64,000 nt of DNA from Dictyostelium discoideum (lineage: Eukaryota): contig CM000151.3 in NCBI GenBank assembly GCA_000004695.1, positions 7,264,001-7,328,000 of the forward strand, in the 5' to 3' direction. The notes below the pieces were generated by a model that saw nothing but the letters and a program-made list of their open reading frames with translations, was not told the origin of the DNA and made no database searches. A program made the translations under genes and the position numbers. Below are positions 1-12,489 of the stretch, piece after piece (position 1 is the stretch's first letter; each line of letters begins with the position of its first letter).

Positions 1-173
1 ATTAAAGCGTGAAAAAAAAAAAAAAAAAAAAAAAAAAATTTAATTCGAAAAATTAAAAAAAAAGTGAAGTTTCATTATTTTATTTTTATTTTTATTTTTT
101 TGTTTATTTTTTTATTTTTTTAATAATATATATTTTAAATATTTAATTTTTTTTTTTTTAAAAAAATAAATAA

Positions 174-944
174 TTATTGTTTTAATAATTCCCATTTTGC
201 ATCAGAGAAAATTAAAGATCTAACATTTTGAATATAGTTAAGTAAATTTTGATTTTCAAAAAGTATTGAACGAATTGGAGTATCAACTGGTACATAATAA
301 ATTTGAGCCAATGTTGAAAATAATGAGATATCTGCCATTGATAAATGGTCACCAAAAATAAAAGTTTTTGAACCTAATAAATTTGAAAGTGAGTTTAAAT
401 CTGATTTGAAAACTGAAACCACTTCATCTAAACTGAAATTACCAACTTGGGTTTTATATTTTTGAATTGACACTTGGTTTATAGCCTTATGAGCAAATGA
501 TCTAAAAATTGGATTTTGAATACTTGATAAAAGTCTTGGAATTATTTTTTCATTATATTCAGGTACGACCCAACGGATGTATGCTGATAAATATGTAAAA
601 GCTTGATCAATGAAACGTTTTGTGATATGGTCAATTGCTTGATCCATTTCACCGCTACCACCACCACTACCGATGGATTGTTGCATTTTTGGTGTCACAT
701 GTTTAAATTGTTGTGAAATCCATTCTAAAATGAAATAACTATCATAAACGAATTCATCATTATAACGAATGTATGGGAATGTTTTTCTTGGATTTGGTCC
801 TAAATCACCAGTTGTATTAATTTCATATCTAATATTACAATATTCTAATATTGATATCACTTTTAAAACAAATGGTGAATAACTTGGTAAATCTTTATTT
901 ATACCTGGGAAATCTGCAACGTAAACAACATCTTTTTCAAAAAT

Positions 945-980
<36 letters not shown>

Positions 981-1152
981 TGTTAAAAATGGTGAAATAA
1001 TGAAAACAAGGTTCAGAAGAGTAATTAAAATGAATATTTACTGGTTTATTTGTATTTAGTGAAATTGTTTTATAAAGGATACCAGCTGAAACTGTAACAG
1101 TTGCAGCAACTAATAATTTATTATTTTTGACTACTTCAATTACTTTTTCCAT
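174..1152 (-). CDS. FAX/metaxin-like GST-fold protein (thioredoxin-like GST_N plus GST_C), about 293 aa
   Basis: Two exons on the minus strand: 1042..1152 (MEKVIEVVKNNKLLVAATVTVSAGILYKTISLNTNKP) and 174..944 (IFEKDVVYVADFPGINKDLPSYSPFVLKVISILEYCNIRYE...). The intron is GTAAAT...AG, running through a poly(A) tract. The alignment pattern matches failed-axon-connections/metaxin proteins: DFPG...SPFxLK...PYIxYN...DSxFI near the N-terminus and a C-terminal K.FIFG..LS.AD...FS.LAQ block. The ORF-track 'M' at 860 is really GTG (Val) inside exon 2. Confidence 0.6.
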
Positions 1153-1713
1153 TTTATTGTATATTTTAATTTATTAAATAAATTTTATTTAAAAAAAAAG
1201 ATTTTTTTTTTTTTTTTTTTTCTTTTTTTCACAGGTGAACTTTTTTTGATTATTAATAATTTTTTTTTTCCAAATGGTTTTTATTTTATGTTTATTTATA
1301 TTTTTTTTTTTTTTTTTTTTTTTTGTTTTTTTTCTTTTTTTTTTTTTGTGACGAAATTTTAACGCTAAAAGTAAAATTTCAAAGAATTGATTGATAACAA
1401 TTATGTCTCTTCGGCATTTTTATTTTAATTTGTTTTAATTTTTTTTTTTTTTTTTTTTTAATTTACACATTAAATAAAATATAAACTTGTGGTCTAAACT
1501 AAAAATAATTTTATTTAGTATTATAAACATGTTCAACTAAAAATAAAAATAAAATACTTTTTTATTATTCAAATCAAATATTAAATAAAACATACTAAAT
1601 CTTTAAAATTATTTTTAAAAGATTATTTTTTATTTATTTATTTATTTAAATTTTTTTAAAAATGAAAATTATAAATGTTGATTAATAATTATTGAATTTG
1701 AACAATAAATTAT

Positions 1714-2151
1714 TTATTGTTCTGGGAGACTTTTGTATTTAGTAACGTACTCCTGAAGTTCACACTTGGTTACGAATCTGTCATTATCTTTATCCAATTC
1801 ACTAAAGAAATTTTCAACAATCATAAGTGGAGCAATTGCATCTGGATTGTTTTTATTTACCCAATTGCATACTTCATCCCATGAGATCCTTCCATCCTTA
1901 TCAGTGTCATAGCCTTTCAAGAAGTTGTTACAGATGTTGTTAATTGCCTTTTGCAATTTCTTTGCAGCAACATCAGCCTTATGGCCATGAATCTCTTTTA
2001 TTGAAATAATTCCATCCTTATCCTTATCAAGAGAAATAAACATTGAAGAGGCAGCACGTAATGGATCTTTTGAACCGGTTTCCTTCAAACGTTTTACAGC
2101 TTCATCAAATGTAATATTACCATCACCATTTGAATCAAATTTTCTTAACAT
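1714..2151 (-). CDS. EF-hand calcium-binding protein with four EF-hand loops, 145 aa
   Basis: Single ORF with a true ATG at 2151. It carries four canonical 12-residue EF-hand loops: DSNGDGNITFDE, DKDKDGIISIKE, DTDKDGRISWDE and DKDNDRFVTKCE. It resembles the small Dictyostelium CBP-type calcium-binding proteins. Confidence 0.75.
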   Translation of the reverse strand: MLRKFDSNGDGNITFDEAVKRLKETGSKDPLRAASSMFISLDKDKDGIISIKEIHGHKADVAAKKLQKAINNICNNFLKGYDTDKDGRISWDEVCNWVNKNNPDAIAPLMIVENFFSELDKDNDRFVTKCELQEYVTKYKSLPEQ

Positions 2152-2545
2152 ATCCTCCTATGCACAGTTAGTTTTTGGAAAGAAAAAAAATAAAAAAAAT
2201 TATTAATATGGCATTTCTATTTTCTTTTTTTTTTTTTTTTTTTTTTTTTACATACTACATCTTTTGTAATTGCACAATCCATTTTTTAATTTTAATATTT
2301 TCTAACAATTTAATAACACAATAATGAAATAATTAATGAAAAAAAAATTGAAAATTACTCCCTTTAAATAGAAAAAATATTATTTTTATTTTTTTTTTTT
2401 ATTTTAATTATTTTTTTTTTTTTTATTATTATTATTAATATAATTATTATTTTTTTTTTTTTAAATTTTAATTTTTCATTTTTATTATTATTTTTATTAT
2501 TATTAAAATTTTTATTTTTTTTTAGGGGGTACCATCTTTTTTTTT

Positions 2546-2628
2546 AATACCCCCAATCACACATATTACAAAAATGGATATTGAATTCAACTGTTTTTTT
2601 TTTTTTAAATATTAATTTTTCATTTTTA

Positions 2629-2665
<37 letters not shown>

Positions 2666-2725
2666 AATTATTTTTTTTTTTAGGGGGGCACCCCTCTTTT
2701 TTTTTTTAGGATTGTATGTGTGAAG

Positions 2726-2761
<36 letters not shown>

Positions 2762-2807
2762 GTTGAATTCAATATCCATTTTTGTAATGTGTGTGATTGG
2801 GGGTATT
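2546..2807. repeat. 48-bp inverted repeat (arms 2546..2593 and 2760..2807, one mismatch) around a tandemly sub-repeated core; candidate foldback/MITE-like element
   Basis: Arm 1 is aatacccccaatcacacatattacaaaaatggatattgaattcaactg; arm 2 is its reverse complement, with inner ends cagttg/caactg and an EcoRI site. Between and before the arms there are two to three direct copies of a roughly 145-bp unit (taatttttcatttttat...attaaaatt...ttttaggggg[t/g]acc...ctttttttt) at about 2467..2545, 2611..2710 and a partial copy at 2828..2850. A related fragment (gtgattgggggtatt plus acaaaaatgg) recurs at 54307..54365. Confidence 0.7.
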
Positions 2808-3533
2808 AAAAAAATTTTAATAATAATACTAAATAATTTCATTTTTATTATATAATTTTTTTTTTATATATTTATTTTTATTATTTTTTTTTTATTATTT
2901 TTTTTTTATTATTTTTTTTTTTATATAGAATTTTTTTATAATTCAATCTTTTAGAATTATGTCATACTATTAAGATAGGTTTATTTAATTTTTTTAATTA
3001 ATTGGGAATTATTTGTAAAAAATATATTTAAACTTTCAATATAAACAAATTGTCAAGTTTAAATATATTTTTTGCTTAGTACTTTCCAATTTATTTAAAA
3101 TAATTAAAATAAATATATTTAAATAGTATTACAATAATTAACTCTTATTTTTAATTTCTAAGAAATTGAGATTATATTTATCTCTTTTACTTTTTTATTT
3201 TTTTTTATTTATGTTTGTTTTATCTTGAGTTTTAGTTATAATTAAAAAAGTTGGAATATAAAAAATAAAATATTTAAAATAATTTTTAATAAAAAAAAAT
3301 AATAAAAAAATAATAAAAAATAATAATCAAATAAACCAACTTTAATAGCACAACCATAAAAATAAAATCACAAAAAAAATATCTAAAAATTTCGAGCTTG
3401 GGTTGTCATTTTTATTTTTGTCAATTGTCACAAAATTTATTTTTTTAATTTTTTTTTTTTTTAATAAAAAAAAAAATTGATTATAGAAAAAAAAAAAAAA
3501 TAATGGTTCAAAATTTTAATTTCACTCACAAAA

Positions 3534-5288
3534 ATGAAACTTAGTATTGTTACTTTTATTGTAACAGTAGTTGTGTTATCAGTGATCTATATTTATAATA
3601 GTTCAACATTATTAGAATCTAGAGTATTGAAGGATTATGTTGAAAAGTATGATCCAAATTATAAATGGACATTAAATGCAACTTATAACACTAATGTCTC
3701 AACAATTTACATATTAGAATTAAGTATGTTTTTTTTGGATAATAATAATTGTTTAGAAAAATAAAAAAAATAAAAAAAAAAAAAAAAAAAAAAAAAAAAG
3801 TGAAAATATTAATATATATTGATAACATATTATTAAATAATTTTTTTTTATTTTTTAAATAATTATGTTAATTAGCATCACAAAAATGGGATATGGGAAA
3901 TTCAAGTAGTCCACTTTGGAAACATTGGTTAACAGTTTGTATACCAAATAATGCAACAGAAAATTTAGAAACTGGTTTATTACTTATTGATGGAGGTTCA
4001 ACAGTGAATTGGGCAGTACCAAGTGTTAATGGTTGGAGTTCTTTTGGTCAACAATTATGTAAAACATCAAATGAAATTACAGCAACAGTTCAACAAGTAC
4101 CAAATGAACCATTGATTTTTGATAATAATGGTATTAAAAGATCAGAGGATGGTATTGTTGCACTCACATGGCGAAAATATATTGATACAAAGGATTCAAA
4201 TTGGGTTAGTTTACTTCCACAAACTAAATCTGCAATTAAAGCAATGGATGCAGTTCAAGAATTTGGTAAAGAAATTGGTAAATTTTCAATTAAAAATTTT
4301 GTTGTAACTGGTGCTTCAAAGCGTGGGTATGTATTTAAAATTATTTTTTTATTTTTTTTAATTTTATTAATTTTATTAATTTATTATTTTTTAAATTGTT
4401 ATTATTATTATTTTTATTATTATTTATTTCAAAAGATGGACAACATGGGGTACAGCAATGTCATCAGATAAACGTGTTGTTGGTATTGCACCAATGGTTA
4501 TACCAATTTTAAATGTTGCAGAAAATATTGGATCACAAATGCAAGATCTTGGTGAATGGTCATTTGAATTATATGATTATATTCAAAATGGTATCACAAA
4601 TTTCCTTTATACAAAATATTTTGATAATCTTAGAAAGATCATTGACCCAATTAATTATATTAATACATTGGAACCAATTGCAAAATATGTATTAAATGCA
4701 GCAGATGATGAATTCTTTGCAGTTGATAGTCCAAAATTCTTTTATAGTAAATTAAAAGGTGAGACTAGATTAAACACCTATCCAAACACTAATCATAATG
4801 GTATTAAGAAACAAGCAGTTGCCAATGATATTGTAAACTTTTTCAAATTGGTCGCATTTGGTATTGAACGTCCAGAGATTGAATGGTCAATTGAATACTC
4901 TCAAGATAAAAACTTTGGTACAATTAAAATGAAAGTTTTAAAAGGTGTACCAACTAAAATCTCCTTATGGTTTTCAACAACAATTTCAACAACAATGAGA
5001 GATTTCCGTATGTATACATGTGAAGATGCTTCATGTTATCAAAATCTCGATTGGCAATCCATTGATATTGAAATCTCACCAGAAAACAATTATTTCTATA
5101 CAATGGAAAAACCAGCTGCTGGTTGGACTGGTTTCTTTTATCAAGTTGAATTTGAAACTGGTTCATATTACTCAACTGAAGTATCAATTGTACCAGATAT
5201 TTTACCTTTCCCAAAATGTCCAATGTCAGTTTGTGCTTCTGGTATTCCAGCTTATAAAAATAAAACTTTAGAAATAGAAAATAATTAA
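3534..5288 (+). CDS. PhoPQ-activated pathogenicity-related protein (bacterial PqaA-like, Pfam PhoPQ_related), about 497 aa
   Basis: Three exons: 3534..3723, 3876..4326 and 4436..5288, with donors GTATGT at 3724 and 4327 and acceptors AG at 3874-3875 and 4434-4435. Splice phases are confirmed against the inverted paralogue at 17651..19492 (...SQKWDMGNSSSPLWKHWLTV versus SQQWMSGHTDKPIWKHWLTI; GASKRGWTTWGTAMSSDKRVVGIAPM versus GASKRGWTAWGAAMVDKRVIGIAPM). It has an N-terminal signal peptide. Confidence 0.8.
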
Positions 5289-5336
5289 TTAATTAAAAAA
5301 AAAATAAATTTATTTATTTTCAAAATTAAAACTTAT

Positions 5337-6143
5337 TTATTCAATTGGTTTTGAATTTTTATTTAAAATTGATGGTGGTTGTAATTCACTATTTATTTTA
5401 TTATTATTATTGTAAATATTATTTTTATTATTATTAATAATATTATGGTTATTAAAATAATCATTATTATAACTAGTATTATTAATATTATTATTTGAAT
5501 TATTGATATTATTATTATTGATATTATTATTATTATTACCAGATATATTATTTAATGATGGAGATCTTATAGCTGTATCGTTTGTATTATTTATAGTATT
5601 CAATTGTTTTAATTTTCTTTCTTTTTTTAAAACTTGAATTAGCCAACTTAAATTGGGATGTAATGCAACACCTTCAACTACAATTAATGCTATTATTTTA
5701 TATGTTTTCTTTCTGTAATATGCTCTATCATGATTACATTGATCACTTATACATGTATTTTCAATAATATTTAATTCACCAGAATACCAAAAAAATGAAA
5801 ATGAAGCAGTTATTAATAAACCACTTAGTAATATTACATACTGAATTAATTAATTATTGATTAAATATTACAAATAAAAAGATTAATAAATTTATTTATT
5901 TAAATAAAATAAAATTAATAATAAAAATAAACATACCAAATACAATAATTTTGAATTTGTTGATTTTTTAAAAAAAACAAAAATACCAAATAAAGATAAT
6001 ATTAAATGGGATGCAAAATAATACCATGAATCAAATAAATGATCATGGTCATTCGTTGTTACTGATAAAGATAATAGTACAATTGAAATTATCTATTTTA
6101 AAAAAATAATAATTAATTTTTAATTATAAATAAATATAATTAT

Positions 6144-6186
<43 letters not shown>

Positions 6187-6306
6187 TACAACTTGAAATA
6201 TTACAAATAATTTTCTTAAATGATGTTCATGTTTTTTAATAAATATATAAATTTTTAAAATTGTATTTATTTGCCTTTTTAATTTTCTTAATATATTTCT
6301 ATACAT
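5337..6306 (-). CDS. Hypothetical multi-pass membrane protein with an Asn-rich C-terminal tail
   Basis: Three exons on the minus strand: 6190..6306 (ATG at 6306, MYRNILRKLKRQINTILKIYIFIKKHEHHLRKLFVIFQV, donor GTAAGT), 5937..6092 (IISIVLLSLSVTTNDHDHLFDSWYYFASHLILSLFGIFVFFKKSTNSKLLYL, donor GTATGT) and 5337..5840 (YVILLSGLLITASFSFFWYSGELNIIENTCISDQCNHDRAYYRKK... then a poly-N tail). All phases are 0. No family could be assigned. Confidence 0.45.
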
Positions 6307-7006
6307 TTTTATTTTTTATTCTTTTTTTTTTAAAAATAATTTATTAAATTTGCATGATATTTATAATTTAGAAAAAAAAAAAAAATTAAATAAATAAATA
6401 TATAAATAAATAAATAAAATTATTTTTTTAAAAAAAAAATAAGTTACAAAAAACAAAACAAATAAAATCGAAACAGATAAGGATTAAAAAAAAATAAAAT
6501 AATAAAATAATATTTTAAAAATTTCATTAAAAAATATAAAAATTCTAATAGATAGTTTGCACAGTTTTTGTTTTTTTTTTTATTTATTTTTATTTTTAAT
6601 TTTTATAAAATTAATAGTGTAGTACTCTATTTACCCATCAAAAAAATCTCTAAAAACTTGTGATTTGTTTTGTGTGGGTAATGGTGTGTGTGTGTGTGTT
6701 AATTGAAAATGAATAAAAAAAAAAATTTTAAAAAAATAAATAAAGAACCCTTAACTACCAATATTGGCCTTCTCATGTTTTAACACCAATATAAATAATA
6801 GCATTTTATATCTTCATTCGCCTAAAATTATGTAAAATCTTTTACAATTTTGAACTGAACTATCACTTTTTTTTTTTTTTCTAATCAACCCCTTTTTTTT
6901 TTTTTTTTTTTGATTAATTCTACAATATAATCTTTTAAAATAAGTTTTTTTTTTTTTTTTTTTTTTATTATAAATAATTTTTCAAAAAAATTTAATATGA
7001 TTTTAT

Positions 7007-7378
7007 TTAATTTTTTTTTTTGATTTGAGGAGTACTTGTTTTTGTTCTAGATAAATGTTTTAAAATACCTTTAATTACAAGATAAGTCCAAAATAAATTT
7101 AAAATTGTAATTATTGGAAAACAGAAAAATATTATTGTATTTGCAATTGAATTTAATTCAGTATACCCATTAATGTAAATTTTTACAACTTTGATTGGCA
7201 CATAAATATCTCTAATGAAAATAAAGAAAAATGCCATCATAAATCCATTAATTGAATATAAAATATGATTTTCCAATTTTAAATCTTTTAAAAACCATTT
7301 CATATGAATAAAAGGATTTGTAATTTCAAATAATAAAAAATATAATAATGTTAAATGAACTTTTTTATAATACTAAAA

Positions 7379-7437
<59 letters not shown>

Positions 7438-8048
7438 TTTTTTTTTTTTTAGTATTTTTTATAAACAATATTAATTTTTTTTTTTTTTTTTTTTTTAAAT
7501 AAATAAACAAATACTTACTAAACCAATATATACATAACTTAAAATACCAACTACCAAATGATGAATAATTATTGGCCAGTCAAATAATTGTTTATAATAA
7601 ATGATTAAATGAAGTGCATCGAATAAAAAGTAAAATGATATAAATTTTAAAATAAAATCACTCAAAGCACAAGTACTAGTCATTTCGTTTGTTACCCATG
7701 ATTTTTTATTATAAATACAATAGCATGATAATGAAAATGAAACAATTGAACTAATTGTTGCCACAATTCTAAAAAATTATTTTATTATTATTATTTTTTT
7801 TTTTTTTTTTTTAAAAAATATTAATTTTTTTTTTTTTTTTTTTTTTTTCAATTATTTATTATTGTTAAAAATGAATTTAATATGTACTTATTTGTCCATT
7901 CTATTTTTGAAGAATATGATAATTGTTTTTCATTATTATTAAAAATAGTTTGTAGTAAACTTGGTATCCATATATATAATGATGTATAGTATAAAATGAA
8001 ACCTAAAGGTTCAACTGATATTAAATAATTTGAAATATAACTAAACAT
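7007..8048 (-). CDS. TLC (TRAM/LAG1/CLN8)-domain membrane protein, paralogue C, about 258 aa
   Basis: Three exons on the minus strand: 7888..8048 (ATG at 8048, unusual GTACAT donor), 7519..7768 (donor GTAAGT) and 7007..7372. The TLC signature is present: YFLFDALHL...IIHHLVVG (YFxxD...HH) followed by E-I-T-N-P-F. Intron positions and phases are identical to the downstream paralogue D. Confidence 0.6.
7384..7432. repeat. (TA)n microsatellite, about 24 units, in the intron/UTR of the TLC gene
   Basis: A perfect atatat... run. A second (TA)n run lies at 27851..27884 and a (GT)n run at 6683..6700. Confidence 0.9.
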
Positions 8049-8591
8049 TTTACCATTGAAATTATGTATTGTTTTTAAATCTTAAATTTTTTATTTTATT
8101 TTTTAAATTTTTAATATGTAAATTATTGTTTTTTTTTTTTATTATTTTTTTTTTTTATTTTTTTTTTATTTTGTTTTGTTTTTTTTTTTTTTATTTTTTT
8201 TTTTTTTTTTTAATAACCACAAAAAAAATAATCACGTCATAACCCAAATTAAAAAAAAAATAAAAATAAAAATAAAAAAATTAGATTCAAACAAAATTCA
8301 TTCAAAAATTAACAAAAAAAAAAATAAAATAAAAAAATGAAAAAAATTAAATTGGTTTTATTACATAACCCATTAATAGCACCTTACGGTTTTAATAATA
8401 TAGAAGATATTATTTTTTAAAAAGGTGGGATTTAAACAATCCCAACCAATTTCTGGGCTCCCAGAAATTTCAGATTAATTTTTTTTTTTTTTTTATTTTT
8501 TTTTTTATTTTTATTTTTTTTTTTGGTTAAAGTGATTTTTATCTTTCTTTTTTAGTGTTTTTTTATTTTTATTTTTATTTTTATAATTAAT

Positions 8592-9328
8592 TTAATCTTG
8601 TTTATTTTTTATTCTTGAATTTTCATTTTTTGAAGTAGTGAAATATTTGAAAATGGATTTTGAAATGTAAAATGTCCAATATAAATTCAAAAGGGTGATT
8701 GCAGGATATACAAAATTTATAAAAAAAGGTATTAAAGGATCAGTTTCAATTGAGTAATGTGGTTGATTGAAAATAACATCAAACATTGTTGCTGATGTAT
8801 AAAAAACTCTAAATAAAACGAAACCAACAAAAATTAATAACCCATTAATTACATATAATGGATGATTTTTTAAATTTAAATCCAATAAAAAAAATCTTAA
8901 ATTAATTAAAGGTGTTGTTATCTCTGTAAATGTATAACTTAAAAGTAAATGATGTGCTAACCCTTTCTTTAAATATAATAATATTAAATAAAAAAAAAAT
9001 AAAAAAGTTAGTTGAATAATATTATTATAAAATAATTTTTTATATATATACATACACCTCCTAAAAATGTGAATGATAATAATGCAATAGTATGATGTAA
9101 TAAATTACCCCATGTAAATAAATATTTACTATAATAAGATGAAATTATAAAATCATAAATAAAATAATATGTAATGAATTTAAAAATGAAATAACTCATT
9201 TCACTTGTACTTCTAAGTGAATTCACTATCCATTCATTATAATATAAACAATATATTGATAAAGCTGATGTAACTATAGCATTAACTGTTGATATAATTC
9301 TAAAAAAAAAAAATTAAAGTTAATTAAT

Positions 9329-9363
<35 letters not shown>

Positions 9364-9552
9364 TTTTTGTTTATAAAAATATTTAAAAAATACTTACCTG
9401 TTTGGCCATTCAATTCTTTTTCTTTCATAAAATCCAATATTGTTTTTTTTAAAAATAATTTCTATTATTTTAGGTAAAAATAAATGTAAAGATGTAAATA
9501 ATAAAAAACAAGGCAAATCCTGGTATAAAATTACATTTATATTAGTTTCCAT
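8592..9552 (-). CDS. TLC-domain membrane protein, paralogue D (tandem duplicate of 7007..8048), about 257 aa
   Basis: Three exons on the minus strand: 9398..9552 (ATG at 9552, [16 protein letters not shown]..., donor GTAAGT), 9056..9299 (…[41 protein letters not shown], donor GTATGT) and 8592..8966 ([44 protein letters not shown]...). Confidence 0.6.
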
Positions 9553-9595
9553 TATATTTTATTTTTTTAATATTTAAAAAAAAAAAAACCAAATA

Positions 9596-9629
<34 letters not shown>

Positions 9630-9770
9630 GAAAAAAAAAAAAAAAATTTAATTAAATAAAAATAATTATCAAAATAAAAATAAAAATAATAAAAATATAT
9701 CTTTTAACCACCTTTTTTTTTAAAAAAAAAAAAAAAAAGAAAAAAAAAATTTAAATGCCAATCGGTAGAG

Positions 9771-9848
9771 TAAATACTTAAATATCATAATTGAATTTTT
9801 TAAACCACTTTTTAAATTTAAAAAATTCAATTATGATATTTAAGTGTT
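9771..9848. repeat. Hairpin inverted repeat: 28-29-bp arms with one mismatch and a 20-nt loop
   Basis: aaatacttaaatatcataattgaatttttt...aaaaaattcaattatgatatttaagtgttt. It sits in the head-to-head intergenic region between the TLC gene D start (9552, minus) and the 10148 gene start (plus). Confidence 0.85.
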
Positions 9849-10147
9849 TTTATTTTTTTGATAAAAAAAAAAAATAAAAAAAAAAAAAAAAAAATTATTA
9901 TCAATTTTGTGGATATCAATAGATATACAAAAATAAAAGATTTCCTTGTATTTTATTCGTAAAAATTTATCAACTACATAAGAACAGTAACAACTTCGCC
10001 CTAATCAACTCTAAAACAATAGTTTGCAAAAAATGTCAAAAAAAAAAAATAAAAAAAAAAACAGAAATTTTTAGCGCCAACAAAATTTTTTTTTTTTTTT
10101 TTATTTTTTTTTTTTTAATCACCACCAAAGCCAACACCACCACTACA

Positions 10148-11595
10148 ATGAATGACAACAATCAAAATGATATTGAAAATATTGAATTAGAAAAAAAGAA
10201 TCTGGTTTTTATATTGGAGATAGCAAAATCATATAGTATATCAACAACTAAATTAAAGAAAATGGAAATCATTGAAAAGATAAAAACAGTAGCTAAAAGG
10301 AAAAGAGAATATGAAGAAGAACAAAAGCAAAAAGCAAATGTAATTCATTCAATAAAATTATTAAATTAACAATTGTAGATAATATTGAACCAATTGAAAT
10401 ATTATTTTGGAAAGTGTTTAGAAATAAACTAATTTATAGAAATATATTCTCATTTATGGATCAACGATTTTCATTAAGCTATGACTCAATTTCATCAATA
10501 CCAAATCTTATAATTTCAAATCAATTTAGTATATTAAAAGAAAAAGTTTATAGAAATTGTAGATACTTACAATTTGATTTAAAGAGTGGACAATTGGGAA
10601 TCAATTATTTAAAACTATTATTCGAAAATGTTAAAGATGATTATAAATTCTATAGAAACTTTTTTAAAAATGATAATCATTATTATGAATCCCAAGACAT
10701 TATATCATTTGCATTAATTTTATCAAAGAATTTACAAATTTATAAATTGTATATCAAAGAATTCAATTATGAACCAACAAAATTAGATCTTTTATTTTCG
10801 ATTATATCTGGTTCAAATAAATTCATTAAATATCTATTTGAATTAAATCCACCACCAATTTCAGAATTAGCTCCTAAATGTTTAATTGAAAATATTTTAA
10901 TAATATTTTTAGAGGGTGAACAAGATCAGATCAATAGATCAAGAAAAGAAGCTTTTCCTTCTATTAAAAAAGATGATATTTTCAAAGGACTACTTTGTTA
11001 TTTAAATATCATTAACAATAATAATGATGATGATTTCAGTTGTAGTTTAAATTATAATGAATTAATAAATGATAAAACTGAAAATGATTTATACGAAATT
11101 AATGAAAACTCAACATTAAAAAGATTAATCACAATTTGTATTTTTTCAATAAAAACAAAAACATCATCAGAAGAAGAAAAAGATGCAACAAAAACATCAA
11201 AAACATCAAATGAATCATTTAAATCAGTTCCAACAATTCAAGAAATTGAAAATTTTAAAGAAAAAGTTGGTAAAGAAAGATTAAAATCAATTTTACAAGA
11301 TCCGATCAATTATAATTATAAAAGGGATGACAATAATGAAATTAAAAATTTTATAAAGAAACTTTTATATTTTTATTTTTCAACATTTAAAAAAACATCA
11401 AGTATTTTATATTACTGTTATTTTGATGATAAAGATTATGGTGATGATATAGCCCATACTCCTACCAATTTCATTCTTCCTACACCAAAGATTGAATTTG
11501 CTTTTAGATTTGGAAATTTTAAAATTTTAGAATCATTCAAAACAATTGATTTTTATCAAATTCTGCCAACTATTCATTTTGATAAAAATAATTAA
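10148..11595 (+). CDS. Hypothetical protein family member, copy 1 (SAP-like N-terminus); frameshifted near the N-terminus
   Basis: ORFs 10148..10369 and 10414..11595 are a single reading frame in copy 2 (13816..14760). Copy 1 differs by a 1-nt deletion in an A-run (gtaattc versus gtaaattc near 10345), which shifts the frame. The 40-nt GT..AG interval at that spot is too short for a Dictyostelium intron. Either a sequencing error or a pseudogenising frameshift. Confidence 0.45.
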
Positions 11596-11645
11596 AAGAT
11601 TTAATAAAAAGCCAGTAAAAGGTTGTTGGTTATATTATTTTTATA

Positions 11646-12415
11646 TGCTTGTAATTCATAATGATATTGAATTATTAAAATATTATTATTCAAATGGTAA
11701 TGTTGGTATTGTTACACAATTATTTAGTGTAAAAAATTCTCCAATAGTTGCACCAATATATTATATCAATTCAATTGATATGTTAGAGTATTTATTTAAT
11801 AATCATATAAATTTCTTCAAAGAACCACGTATTGATGGTAATCGTTATAGTACAAATTTTAAAAATTTAGAATTATTAAAACATTTTGAACTATTATTAA
11901 CCCAATCAAACTCAAACTCTACTTCTTCTTCTTCTTCTTCTCCTTCTCCTTCTCAAAACCACTTTTCCGATGGTCATTTTTGTTTTATTAGCCATTCTAT
12001 TAATAATTTTGAATTTCTAAAAAACAAAAACCTTCTTACTTTTGCAAATTACTTTGCTTCAAATTCTAAATACCATGATGCAAATTTAGACTATGAACAA
12101 CTGTTTGTTTTAATCTCTAATGTCGAACCATCATCTCAACTATCGATCAGTTTTGAAACATTAAGAGATTTTGCAATTAACTCTATGAAATATAAAAGAA
12201 AAAACTTATTCTTTACCAGAGCATCAGTAAGAAGTACAAAGTATGCATATCATTATTTAAAATTCATTGATTGGATGTTTATTAACTATAATCAGGAAAA
12301 GGAAAATGCTTGTAACTTCTTTTACAAAGGATTTCACCATTATCATAACCTTTTTGCAACCCATAGATATTGTTCAAACAACAATGACATCAATGACACC
12401 CACAACTTCAGCTTC

Positions 12416-12489
<74 letters not shown>

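Noticed and set aside
937-1152. ORF 937..1152 ending in poly-Lys
   Set aside because: Only 1042..1152 is coding (exon 1 of the FAX-like gene). The remainder reads through the intron and its poly(A) tract.
2152-2166. Shine-Dalgarno-like AGGAGGAT immediately 5' of the EF-hand gene ATG (minus strand)
   Set aside because: Coincidental in a eukaryotic gene. There is no other prokaryotic signal.
4119-5271. Small overlapping ORFs (4119..4307, 4513..4695, 4954..5223 minus, 5020..5271) within the PqaA-like gene
   Set aside because: They are alternative frames within confirmed coding exons. The main frame is supported by paralogue alignment.
8380-8470. T-arm-like hairpin (gggatttaaacaatccc) and the ctgggctcccag palindrome as a possible tRNA
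   Set aside because: The loop does not match TΨC consensus and there is no complete tRNA structure. It is probably a short intergenic palindrome.
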